Of a stretch of 64,000 bases of DNA, positions 52,676-64,000 are shown piece after piece. Origin of the DNA: Trichinella spiralis (lineage: Eukaryota). Positions within the stretch are counted from its first letter, which is position 1; every line of letters begins with the position of its first letter. The position numbers were made by a program, and so were the translations under genes. The notes beneath the pieces were generated by a model that was given only the letters and a program-made list of their open reading frames with translations, was not told the origin of the DNA and did not search any database. The DNA lies in assembly GCF_000181795.1 (NCBI RefSeq), contig NW_003526948.1:1534206-1598205 (forward strand). Reading direction: 5' to 3'.

Positions 52676-52869
52676 TTATTTGACATGAATCCAGTTGTTA
52701 AACATCCAAAATCATTTGGACATGCAGCATAAGAATTACTAGTTGCCAAAATAACGTTGCAGAGAAAACGAAATTCATACCGCCCACGCGGTATATCAAT
52801 TTTTAAAGACCACTGTCCATCGCAGCTGGTCAAGCTGGACATTTGTCTTCTACGAATTTTCAAAACCAC
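52676..52869 (-). pseudogene. Degenerate CBM48 (AMPK-beta-type glycogen-binding domain) fragment
   Basis: DGQWSLKIDIPRGRYEFRFLCN...ATSNSYAACPNDFGCL, followed after a 1-nt frameshift (~52700) by (N)NWIHVK*, matches the C-terminal half of CBM48 (G.Y.Y/F.F.V.G.W...D..G..NN.I.V). The G.W motif is decayed and no N-terminal half is evident. Confidence 0.6.
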
Positions 52870-53596
52870 GTCGTCGTCTTGCAGTGTATAATAATTATAA
52901 TCGCGTAATATTATATTTCAAAAAATAAATAGGCTTCCGCAAAAAATGACGAGCGCTGATCAGCATCAGCAGCGCAAGAGAGAGATCCACTGAATGCCGC
53001 ACAGAAAAAGCCCACACAGAAGAATGGAGAAAGCAGAGCTAAGCAGATTTGATGATGAAAGCAGAAATCAGAAATGACCAATCAAATTGCGAATTAAGCC
53101 GGTCAGTTTTCTCAATAGTGATCCTTTGTCTAACGGCATTGTTGAAAACGTTGCTGATGTTTGCAACTATTTTTTAAATACAGATTATAAAATAAGTAAT
53201 ACATTAATATATTTTATTTACATTTACTTATTAATATTTTGAAATGTACTTGTAATAATTTTAAAATTTCATCGAACTGACGCCTGATTTTCTACAGTAT
53301 GATTTCTTTGTTACAAAATAGCATTGTTATAATATTTTCTTTGTCATAATATAATCTTATGATGTTGCAATCATTGCTGAAATTATTGTAGTTATTTTCA
53401 ATTTTAAGAGTAGTTTTTTTCTTTTATGTCGGTTATTATTATATTTTTTTAAATGATACGTTTAACGGGATTTTGAATCTGTACTTCCTGACCAGCTGAC
53501 TGTATAGATTAGTTATTTGCTTATTTTCATGTGTCCTGATCGGTGATTTGTCGATAATTTGAAGCATTTTTGTAGAAATCAAAAAGAAAAAGACTA

Positions 53597-54843
53597 ATGC
53601 CATGCTTTTCTGATGAAGACCAGATGGAAGACGAAACGACCTTCTTATGTGGTTTAAAAAAAATTCCTCGCTACGGGACAACTTCTGTTCCACCAAATCG
53701 GGCAGTTATCAAAGTTATCGAATATAAAGTTACACCGCAAGATACACTTCCTGGCATTGCTTTGAAATTTAATAGCAGCGTGAGTTTAACAATAGTGAAA
53801 TTCATTTATTTTGTAATTTTTATGTTTATATGTTGATTTTATTATTCTTCGATTTACTTATTTAACTTTCATTACATTTCCTTTAATTTTATGAAATATT
53901 AATATGAAATTGACGTCAAGGTGATATAAACTTCAAGCAGATAATTGTTTTATAAAAATGAATATTGCTGTACCTTATATATGCTGAGAGAATTTGTGCA
54001 TTATTAATATTTTTTGATTATAAGCGTTGTGCAGTTGATTTTAATTACCTTGTTGTTTTTCAGTTTTACTACGATATCACTACTGCCATTCTTGCTGTAA
54101 ATATTGATCGTAATTTTGTCGTCATATGTTGAAATAAGTGTGTTTTTAATGGATATTTATTGATTTTTTCAGGTTTCATGCGGTATTAGTGTTAATAATG
54201 TTCTCTCTGAAACCTTTATATATACTTTTAAAATATTGCAAAACTGTTGATTACAAAAAGCAGAGATTTCAGCTTGAAGCACAGTTTTCTCGTTTTGTGC
54301 TTTTTACTTTGTTGAGATGTGGTTAAATTCAAAAATTGCAAATGATTCCGAATTATTTTTTTCATTTGGCATGAATATTTTGCTTTCAGGTTGCGGAAAT
54401 AAAGCGTTTGAATCGTCTGTGGTCACAAGAAAGCTTTTTCCTCCGTGAAACGCTCAGTATTCCGTTGTTCAGTCAGTCAAGCGATGAATCGACACCAGTG
54501 ATGTCGAAGGATAAACAAGCTGCTAAGCAGACGGTCGATCAGAGCTTCGAGAATGGTCAATTGGAGGACTTATCGAAAATTTCAGTGAACGATTTTTTTA
54601 ACAAAATTGATCGAACAATTCAACACAGCGCCATGAACGTTCGTCGTATTGAAGAAAAATCTTCGTAATATACAACTAAAAACAGACAGTTATTTCTTTT
54701 ATTATTTTTGCGTTTTTTATATTATTTTTAGTATAGATACGATTGAAAGAGGAGAATCTGCTGAAAAAGACAAGAAAGGACGTTTTGGTAATTTTGTTTC
54801 GAGGAAAAAATCGAAAAGCGGTTATCAGTCTACTGATCTCTGA
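53597..54843 (+). CDS. LysM-domain protein, LYSMD1/2-like; 3 exons, ~189 aa
   Basis: Exons 53597-53779, 54390-54664, 54732-54843. RYGTT N-terminal motif; LysM domain YKVTPQDTLPGIALKFNSSVAEIKRLNRLWSQESFFLRETLSIP; SVNDFFNKIDRTI C-terminal motif; no transmembrane helix. Confidence 0.88.
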
Positions 54844-55479
54844 AATTTGATACGAATTTTTTGTGAATTATTTATTGTACGGTATTTCTCTTGTTGGTAT
54901 ATGTTTATTATATGAAATAAATTTATTTGTATTTTTATACATTATTGAAAATATTTGTGTTAACTAACACATGCGTTTGTTTAAAAGCAACACTTAACTC
55001 ATAACCGATGTACACTGTTAGCAAATTATTCGAAAAGCGTAAAGAATAGTTAATTAAACAAACAAGAAAATTGAATGAACAGTTGCAATCTGTGAATGTG
55101 ATTCATTTATATAGTCAGTGAGAACAAAATGCTAGCAACAGCATGAATCATCTATTTTCCAATCAAATTCAAATTGTACATGCATTCATATAGTGTTACT
55201 GTAGCTTAAGCTCATTGATTGCTACATTTTCTATTTACACTAAGTAAAACAGGAAATGCGGCTGAATTATTTCGATTTTCTAATTTTCCAATTTTTTATT
55301 TCTATTATTTCAATTTTTTAGATTGAAAGTTCAAAAATGCATTACTTGTTGATATTTTTTAAAGCAGGTCTCCATCAAAATTCTTTTTTATTTTGCAGTT
55401 TTAATAAAAGTTGCAACTATTTGTGCAATTTCAGTTATTATATAGCTCATTGCTTCATTAGTTTTTTATCAGATAAAAA

Positions 55480-55638
55480 ATGTCACCAGTTACTCACCTG
55501 CCTGACGATATTGAGGATGTTTTCTCTGATCTTCTTGCTTCACGTGAACGAAAAGACGTTAAGCTAAATAATGGCTACAAAAAACATTTATGGCCCGGGA
55601 AAGCATGTGCTGATAGTTTTATTCCTGGTATGTGTATT

Positions 55639-55671
<33 letters not shown>

Positions 55672-58012
55672 TCATGCCATGCATAATACCACAAACTAAC
55701 AAAATAGTAATATATGTATTTATAAAGTTGTCATAAATTATTTTAGTAATATTTTGTGTAAAATAAAAAGCAAATAGAAATTTGACAATTGTAAGTGTTT
55801 GAAAGGAATATCACGTCACAACTGTCACTGTTATAATTATACTTTGTTTAGGTGCCTTTTCAGTATACGTAAAGACATGGGGTTGTACGCATAACAGCAG
55901 TGATTCGGAATATATGGCTGGTTTGATGAGTAGTGCTGGTTATGGAATTGTCGGTCTGTACTTATGAACATAAATCATATATGTATTCTTTTTATTCGAT
56001 TTTATTTAGATGATCCCTCAGTGGCAGATATATGGTTGTTAAATAGTTGTACAGTTAAGACACCTTCAGAGCAGCATGTGCAAAATGAATTAGAAAAAGC
56101 GAGAGCGCTGAACAAGCCGGTAATCGTGTCCGGCTGTGTACCGCAAGCGGAACCTTCGATTCCTTGGCTTCAAGTGAATTCAAGTTTTATACATTAAAAA
56201 AAGTTTAATTGATGTTTTAATATTTAAGGGTGTATCTTTGGTGGGAATTCAACAAATAGACCGTATAGTAGAGGTGGTTGAAGAAACGTTGAAAGGGAAC
56301 ACAGTTCAACTGCTCAACTATAAAAAAGTTAAAGGGAAACGAACCGCTGGTGCACGATTGGATTTACCAAAAGTTCGTCGAAATCCACTTGTTGAAATTA
56401 TAGCAATCAATACAGGGTTTGAAATTAAAATTTGAAAAGTTCTGAAACCGGGGAATCGTGAATACAAAATTCGTTTAGCTGTTTAAACAATTGCACGTAT
56501 TGTAAAACGAAAAAAGCTCGCGGCAATTTGGCAAGCTATTCAATCGAAGAGATAATTGACCGAGCTGAGAGTTGCATTAGTGGTGGGTGAAAATATTCGT
56601 CCTACATCTATCTGCACGGCAATTTTAATTTCAATATTTAGAAGGGGTTAAAGAAATTTGGCTTACCTCTGAAGATCTGGGCGCTTACGGTCGCGACATC
56701 GATTGCACATTGCCTGAACTGTTGAAAGCACTGACAGCAAAACTTCCCGATGGAGTAATGCTACGCTTGGGCATGACCAATCCGCCGTATATCTTGGATT
56801 ATTTAGAAGTGAATGTATTTTTTTTATTGGTTATGAATTATAAGTTTTCACATCCCTATTTCTGTTCAGGAAATTGGAGAAATCCTCAATCATCCTTGTG
56901 TATATTCTTTTCTTCACATTCCTGTTCAATCTGGTAGCGATGCTGTGCTCCGAGACATGCGAAGAGAGTACAACGTCGATGATTTTTGTGCTGTTGTTGA
57001 ATTCATGCGAAAAAAGTAAATATTCATGTTTTCAATTGATGTATGTACTGATCAAAAAAGTTCCTTCGCAGAGTTCCTGGAATAACAATTGCAACGGATG
57101 TTATTTGTGGCTTTCCAACTGAAACTGAACAAGTAAATTTTTGAAAGCTCTGGAGAAATTGGAAACTATCTTGCATCGTTATTTTGTTCATTTCTTTTTC
57201 AGGATTTCAAAGACACACTGGATTTGGTGGAAAAGTATCGTTTTGCAAGTTTATTCATCAACCAATTTTATCCCAGACCTGGAACGCCGGCTGCAAAGCT
57301 CAAACGACTCGACACTGCTGTTGTAAGACACTTTTTCCTCTTCATATTATTATTATTATTTATTCTTGGTTCTTCATTTGGTGATTCTTCATATTTTCTT
57401 TTCCGTTAGGTTAAAGATAGAACCAGACGAATGACACAGCTGTTCAATTCCTACGAACCGTACCGAAATCGGGTATGATTGAGTTTTGTGAAGAAAAAAA
57501 TTTGTTTTCTTCATATTTGCATATGAAAATGTAACATAATAAATAATAGGTTGGTTTGAAATACCAAGTACTGATCACTGAACGTTCTTTTCGTGGTGAC
57601 GACTATCTCGTGGGACACAATAAATTTTACGAACAGGTAGGCAGTAGTAAAAGAAGAAAACCAACCATATATTCCATATTTATTTGAAAATATATACTGC
57701 TTGTGCTTATTTTTCCTTCTTTCTTTTCAGATCCTAGTTGCTAATCAACCAAATTTGTTGGGCAAAAAGGTCTGGGTGAAGATTGTATCCTGTTCAAAGC
57801 ACAGTATGGTCGGCGAGTTAACAGCTCAACCTGCTACCTACTTTTCAAATATTTGGCATTTTTGCTCGTCACCAATAAAAGATAGCAGCATTGTGACTTT
57901 GAACAACAACACTTCCGCATTTTATGCAACATGCACTGATTTCAAAATTTTACTCGTTATATGGTGTTTTTTATGCATGCTAGCCATGGGGATGAAATTT
58001 TTTCTAAAATAA
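55480..58012 (+). CDS. CDKAL1: Threonylcarbamoyladenosine tRNA methylthiotransferase (radical SAM; ms2t6A37 of tRNA-Lys UUU); 12 exons, ~543 aa
   Basis: Exons 55480-55627, 55852-55953, 56010-56173, 56229-56416, 56479-56582, 56642-56808, 56870-57015, 57072-57132, 57203-57322, 57410-57472, 57550-57636, 57731-58012. Motifs [45 protein letters not shown] (CxxxCxxC), [51 protein letters not shown] domain; C-terminal transmembrane anchor. Confidence 0.96.
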
Positions 58013-58376
58013 AAAATACTGTTTTCTCTCTCTAATACTGTTTGTTGGCCTTTTTTGCTACGGGCTTGTCATCATATATAATTACAGTTGTGACTACGCG
58101 TCAGTGATTCAAAGTGTTGACGTTAGTCAGTCAGAAATGTCAGTTTGTTTCCAGAACCTAAATAAAATATATCAGAACTCTGAAAGTTTAACATTTTATT
58201 CAATGTTAAATGAAACATTGAAATGATGCAACGCTAGAAAAAATATATAAATATGAATAAATAAGTCAATAAAAATATATAAATTTATATTATGTGGAAT
58301 CTGAAAATGCACAAACATGCTTTTTTACTCCATATCATAGTGCTCAAGAACAGCGATAAAGTTGTTAAATTTCATT

Positions 58377-58467
58377 TCACAGAGGAGGAGCAAAATTTAC
58401 CTCATCAGGAATTTCAACGCTGGCATCTTTAATTGCTCGAAGAACCACTCCTGTATTAAATGAATAA

Positions 58468-58504
<37 letters not shown>

Positions 58505-59817
58505 GAACTAACAAAAAATACTGAAATAAAAATTTTACCGTAAATTAATTTTCTCGTCGAATCATCAACACTGCCCTGCGCTGCAGCCGCTTGGACCGTC
58601 TCCACAAACTGCTGCAACATTTTCTTCGCATAAACATCTCCCTCATTTTTGTACAACCAGAACAACATTTTCGCATTGGCGTACAACAGATTTTCAGCCT
58701 GATAATTATTGCTAAGCACGTTGGACAGTGACAGCATCTGATTGTACGCTTTGTCCACTTTTTCATTTTGAAGTCTTATCTACAGTAAGAACAGTACTGT
58801 CACTGTAGACAAATGACAATTTAAAAATAAAAATGGAAAAATATGTTTTTTTTGTAAGAAAAAAAAGAACTGAAAAATAAAAATACTCTGACTGATGAAA
58901 GCAAAAAGTAAAAGATGAATAAACTGTGTTTTAACCTCTTTGGATAGCTGCTGCAGCAGTTCGACATGCATGGTATTCAAATGTTTAGTAACTTGGTTCA
59001 TATAATTTTCGGCATCTTCTTCGGTCATCTTAAAAATACAACATTTTTGAATTTAATTATAAAAGAAGCTAATTTTTGTTCAATTTCATGCAGCTACAGT
59101 TTATACAAATATGAAAATCAAAAACAAAAATGAAGCAAAAGCTTACTACTACCTTTTTACTTTTAACGAAACTATCAATCACCGCTTTCACTCCATCAAC
59201 ATCACTAGTTTCAAATATATACGTAGCCATGTCTCTGGGATTCAATAACTATAAAAATGAAATTATTAAGTTATAATAATAATAATAATAGTAATAATTT
59301 AAAGTTTCCATCTGTGGTCTACCTTTGCTTCTTTTTTATCGCCAGCAACTTCAACCTAAATTAGCCAATTATCAATAAGAAATTTTCCCTTTGCATTTGA
59401 CATATTTTCGCTTGTGAAAGAGAAAATTGATTTTACTTTGTGCAATTTGGCCGGCGGAATGTCGAGAATTTTCTCCCCTCTAATTTTGCCATCATAATCT
59501 TTGACCATGTCGGTAGTGGTTTTCGACAACGTCTTTCCGGTCTTTGCGTTCTTTACTGAAAAGAAATTTTCGAAAAATTAAAATTTAATTACCTTTTGCA
59601 CGACTTTATCAAATTACTTGTAGTTTCTTCAATTTTTTCCGCTTTCTCCAAGCCATTTATTTTCTGTGACGTTTCCTGTTTGTAGTTTTCAGTTTTCAAG
59701 CCGTCCTGCTTGATCTTGCTTAATTCTCGCAACAAATTCAATTCGCCCTTGAAAAATAAATAATAACGTCGTTTTTTTCTTTCATCATTATAAAAAATTA
59801 TAATTCATTTTTAAATC

Positions 59818-59856
<39 letters not shown>

Positions 59857-60406
59857 CAGTGAATTTTGTGTCATGTTGTATGTTTCAAAAATTGACCAGT
59901 ATAATTAAGCTAAACAGGATAATTAAATGCGCTTATTACAATATTGCCAACTACAGTGAGGAAATAACCAAAATTATGCTTAAAATAAAATAATTTTCTT
60001 GTCAATGAATAAAAGTGACTGACTGACTGAATGTTAAGCAATATCAAATGGAATTATTAATAAATATCTATCATAGTGCGTGACTGAAATTGCTAATTAT
60101 CCATCTTTTTCAATAGTTTCGCAATTTCAAAAAGGAATTTTACTTTATTATCATTATTGTTTTCTTTTTATACTCATGAAAAATAGTGCTTCACAATAGA
60201 ATTGCTATGTGCACTTTTTTATTGAGGAAGTGTTGCGCAGAAGGAAAGCGGGGTTGAAGAATATTGAACTGAAAGTGCTTTCATCTATATCTTTTTGTTA
60301 GCATTGTTGAAAATGTCGGTTATGCTCAGATGAGTGCTTGTCAGCGGTGCTTTGTACAGTCGCATGCAGCTAGCTGGCTTTCTTTGTTATTTAACCAAAG
60401 CAGGCT

Positions 60407-60444
<38 letters not shown>

Positions 60445-61753
60445 GACAAATTGAATTTAATATCGATTTTCCGAGAAAGTAAGTAAATATCATTATTGTT
60501 CAATTCAACTTCACTTACTACAAAAGGGGATTATTTGAGACAAAACTGACAAAAAAACAGAAACTCCAATATACTAATACTTACTGATGGACAGAAAATA
60601 AAAAAAAAAGTAATCTCATTGTCAAGTTAAAAGCTTCATTTTCATCAGTTTCGCGTTTTAGTTAATTACTAAACTGAAAACCAAGCTCATCTTATTGATC
60701 TATTTACCCTCTCTGTTATGTAAAGCTTTCAAAAAGTTTTATCAATAAAAAAATTAGTTTTACATAATGCAGTCAATAAGATGATTAGCTTACAAGAAAG
60801 GCTTGCAAAGAACTTGTAACTAATGACTGACACAACTTAAAAAACAAAAGAACAAACATTAATAATCTTCATTATTACTTTCAACAGAGAATTGAACCAA
60901 GAAATGGTTTTAAATGAAATGTTAAAAAGAAGCTTTTTTTAAAACAAATGTTTCATTGTGTAATAATTTCTGGAAAATTGTCATCATTAATAATTGCACT
61001 GTACCACTACATTACCACATTCACTACATTTTATCAAATTCTAATAATAACCGTAATACATAATAAATATTACCTCCTAGCACAAGTGTTTCTAATTAAC
61101 GATAAACCAAAAGTGATTAATATATTACACAAGAATGGCATCACTATTAAGAAACTAATTACACAATGTTGTGTCCTTATAATCTTTGAATATTTATTTA
61201 TTTATTTATTTAGTTGTTTAAATTACTTTCTTTGTCATAAACATAAACAGATGCAAAACAGCGTGTAAAAAGCTACTTACATATTGTTGCAAATTCAATG
61301 AACATCTATCTAGGCAAAATAAAATTCGTCTGTTTTGCACGTTTAAAATTATTTTTCGTTTTTGTTCCCCCACAAATATTATTGTTCACAATTGTTCCAT
61401 TTAAGATTATCTGAAAAAGTGTCAAATAATATTTTTTTTTCCTATTCGAAACAATAACTCCATATATGTATGCTACTTCCGTGATGCACAGCGAAAAATT
61501 ATATACCACAACCCTGTTGTAAATGTACAAATATGCAGACAGACACTATATTGTGCTTACCTGAAATTTATTCGGCTTTGCTAACAGTGAATCCAATTCT
61601 GAAATAACAAACACAAAAATTCAAAAAAAAATTTCTACAAGAAAACAAAAATATATAATTTTGAATAATACCTTCTTTTGTGATACTTTGTCTAGCGTGT
61701 ATCAGTTGGATGGTGTAGAGAAGAAACGTTAGAACGGTGAAAAGTAATTTCAT
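58377..61753 (-). CDS. Secreted uncharacterised protein (~300 aa) with N-terminal signal peptide
   Basis: Phase-consistent exons 61753-61672, 61598-61561, 59747-59618, 59555-59437, 59355-59323, 59248-59153, 59028-58936, 58779-58539, 58450-58377. Signal peptide MKLLFTVLTFLLYTIQLIHA. The 3' end is ambiguous: a donor GAG|gtaaat at 58400 could lead to a further terminal exon near 58180-58140. Confidence 0.8.
60412..60440. repeat. (CT)n microsatellite
   Basis: Read directly from the sequence. Confidence 0.9.
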
Positions 61754-61897
61754 GATTTGAAATTTTATGAAGCTTACAAAGAGACCGTTTTCTTCAATTC
61801 AAACACTGCCGGTAACTGTTAATGTCCGTCAATTTCGATTGTCAACACCAGAAGCTCTGCTTACAACTTTGACGCTACAGCTATATCCATACATATA

Positions 61898-61928
<31 letters not shown>

Positions 61929-63363
61929 GGAGGAGAGAAAAATCGATTAACAACACTGGACGTTGTCGTAAGTCGTAAGCAGCTGAATCAGTTCGGATTG
62001 AACAGAATGAATGACGTAAGCGAAAAGAAAATGGATCACTTTTATATTATATAGTTATTCAAAAATACCATCTCCAAGCTGAATCAATCATTCGTGACCA
62101 TTAATATGCTTGTTATTTTTCTACTTCTTCAAAACGTTGCATACTTGCAAGCAGCTATTGTATTTTTGACAATTTCACTCTTCTCTCAGGCAAAAAAAGA
62201 TACTCACTTGTTCAATATTTTTTCTATTAATTTTCAAATTCATTTAAAAAAATATACATTTTGCGATAAAAAAATTTCATTAAATTTATGGTTGTTACAC
62301 TATCTGCTACTTCATCTTTTGTGAAGCATTTAGAAAATCGATCATTTTTCGTTCGTTCGCTCGCTTGCATGTCGACGACGACGACACAATACAGCATATT
62401 TTGATTGTATGAAAAAAACCACTTTCAATGGTAAAAAATCCATCATTATTTGATGCTTCTGGTATATTGAAAAGTATACTGGAGGAAGTGAAAAGCCTCT
62501 TCAAATAAAAACAGGAAATTTTTAAACTCACTCCACCCTACTAATCAATTTTGCGCTTCCTCGAAGTTAAGCACCTCAAAATTATAAATAAATAAATACA
62601 TCGCAAAATCAAAAAAGCAAAAGAAAAAGCTGTCCTTAACAAAGTAAATTCATTGGTGTCTATTGATGGAAAAGAAGAATAACAACAACTGCTGTTGACA
62701 GCGTGTATATCTCTCAAAATAAATTTCCTTACTTCCACCCGCATTGCGTTGTAATTAACTACAAATTCTTCCGTCGTCAGAGGGAACATGCGTAACTGTA
62801 AATTATTAAACAATTAAATATGCACTTGTAAAAATTGATTTTCGCTTTCAACTTCATCATCCGCCTTCAAACAGACAAAGAGTGGAAAGGCAGTAGTGTA
62901 TATAGAAGAAGAAAATGAAGCTTCCATTCCAGGTTGAATTGCAACTGTGAAAATTCAGCCAAGTTTCAGCAACGGGTATAAACTGATCAACAATGCATGA
63001 TAATCATCATTGTGCTTTTCAAACGAATGCAATCATGCTTGAATGAATAAATGAATGAATTCATTATTCGTTTTCTTTTCTCCAGTGTTCAGTAGTGCTG
63101 ATTTGAATTTCAACCAAGAAATTCAAATTGTTTTCCTTCACCGATTTATTACTTCTCCTATACCAGAAATTTATACCCACAAACTGGAAGATACTGTGAA
63201 TACAACAAATTCACGCGCACACGTACACAGACAAGCAGAAATAAATACGAATACGGATACGGATACGGATACTACAAACGCAGACAAGGACGTAACATTC
63301 AAATAAAAAACACTCTCAATAAAAGAATAATTAAAAACACAAAGAAATAATTGCAAATTACCA

Positions 63364-63923
63364 CTAATTTGCGAAACATTCCGCTTCAACTTGCATAAAT
63401 TCTTTCCACAAAGTCGAAGAAGAGACAAACTGATCAAAGTAGGCAGCATCTCGTTCGACATTTGCTTCCACACTTCGAAACACTGCTAGAATGTTGTAAT
63501 TTCGTGGTCTCTTTTCAATCGTAATAATTATAAAATAATCGTCAGAATTGGGATTCATCAAAACCTAAATATAATGAGAAAAAAATGCATTGTACTACAA
63601 ACGATAGCATTCATAAACAACAAACTAATGACTACTGACCAAATGCTGCCGTTGTTCGCGTTTGTTTTGAAAAAATTTTAATCTGCCAGAAAATTTGTCA
63701 AACAATTTACGCATCAATTTGTTTATTCTAAAAACAAATTAAAGTCGTTATTAAAAATTAAATCGCACCATTGAACAACATACACACGTACAAAATTAAG
63801 TTTTACTTACTGAGAGAATGTTTTCTTCGTCAGCATATTTCCTTCAGAGTTGATCACAGAGGCACTGACTGTATGAGTTATTTTAAGCAGATACTCCAAT
63901 TCAGAACAACTAATTCGCTCTGC
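63364..63923 (-). CDS. 3'-terminal exons of a gene entering from the right edge; probable SZT2 (KICSTOR subunit) C-terminus
   Basis: Exons 63923-63811, 63682-63640 and 63564-63364 join in frame: AERISCSELEYLLKITHTVSASVIN...QHLVLMNPNSDDYFIII...LAVFR...SSSTLWKEF...*. This resembles my recollection of the SZT2 C-terminus (ELEELL..VH, L.AVYR, F.LW). The identity comes from memory and was not searched. Confidence 0.55.
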
Positions 63924-64000
63924 CTGAAACAATCATAAGTTGTCGTGAGAACTCTGAAATTCTGCTTTTTTAATTTGCAATTCTTTTCGTGCTCTTTTAT

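Noticed and set aside
1..64000. CRISPR arrays, tRNA, rRNA, snRNA or SL-RNA genes, transposase or reverse-transcriptase ORFs, prokaryotic systems
   Set aside because: The DNA is spliceosomal and eukaryotic. I saw no repeat-spacer array, tRNA box A/B pair, terminal inverted repeats or mobile-element domains by eye; Infernal and RepeatMasker would be needed to exclude small elements.

Overview
AT-rich, intron-dense eukaryotic DNA, almost certainly from a nematode. The UNC-13 sequence is nematode-like, and the microsatellite-rich short introns suggest a clade I worm such as Trichinella (inference). Most entries in the six-frame ORF track are spurious or exon fragments, so I assembled genes by hand from GT-AG exons with consistent reading phase. 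Left to right: (1) an intronless class A FMRFamide-receptor-like GPCR (-); (2) a complete 8-exon tRNA A37 deaminase, ADAT1 (-), whose catalytic domain is cut by a 14,469-bp intron; (3) a complete ~40-exon unc-13/Munc13 long isoform (-) with a 9-nt VLK microexon and three symmetric cassette-type exons; (4) a frameshifted CBM48 fragment; (5) a LYSMD1/2-like gene (+); (6) CDKAL1 (+); (7) a secreted uncharacterised protein (-); (8) the 3' end of a probable SZT2 gene (-). The most intriguing structure is the ADAT1/GPCR arrangement. The giant ADAT1 intron holds promoter-like motifs, candidate non-coding exons and a polypyrimidine-CAG|GTATGT site near its midpoint. The ADAT1 3' UTR is a 70-nt pyrimidine tract with no AG until it ends in CAG|GTAAGT. 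Together these suggest two interleaved same-strand genes resolved by recursive (ratchet) splicing or trans-splicing. This model is inferred and needs RNA data. No CRISPR array, rRNA, tRNA or intact transposon was recognised.
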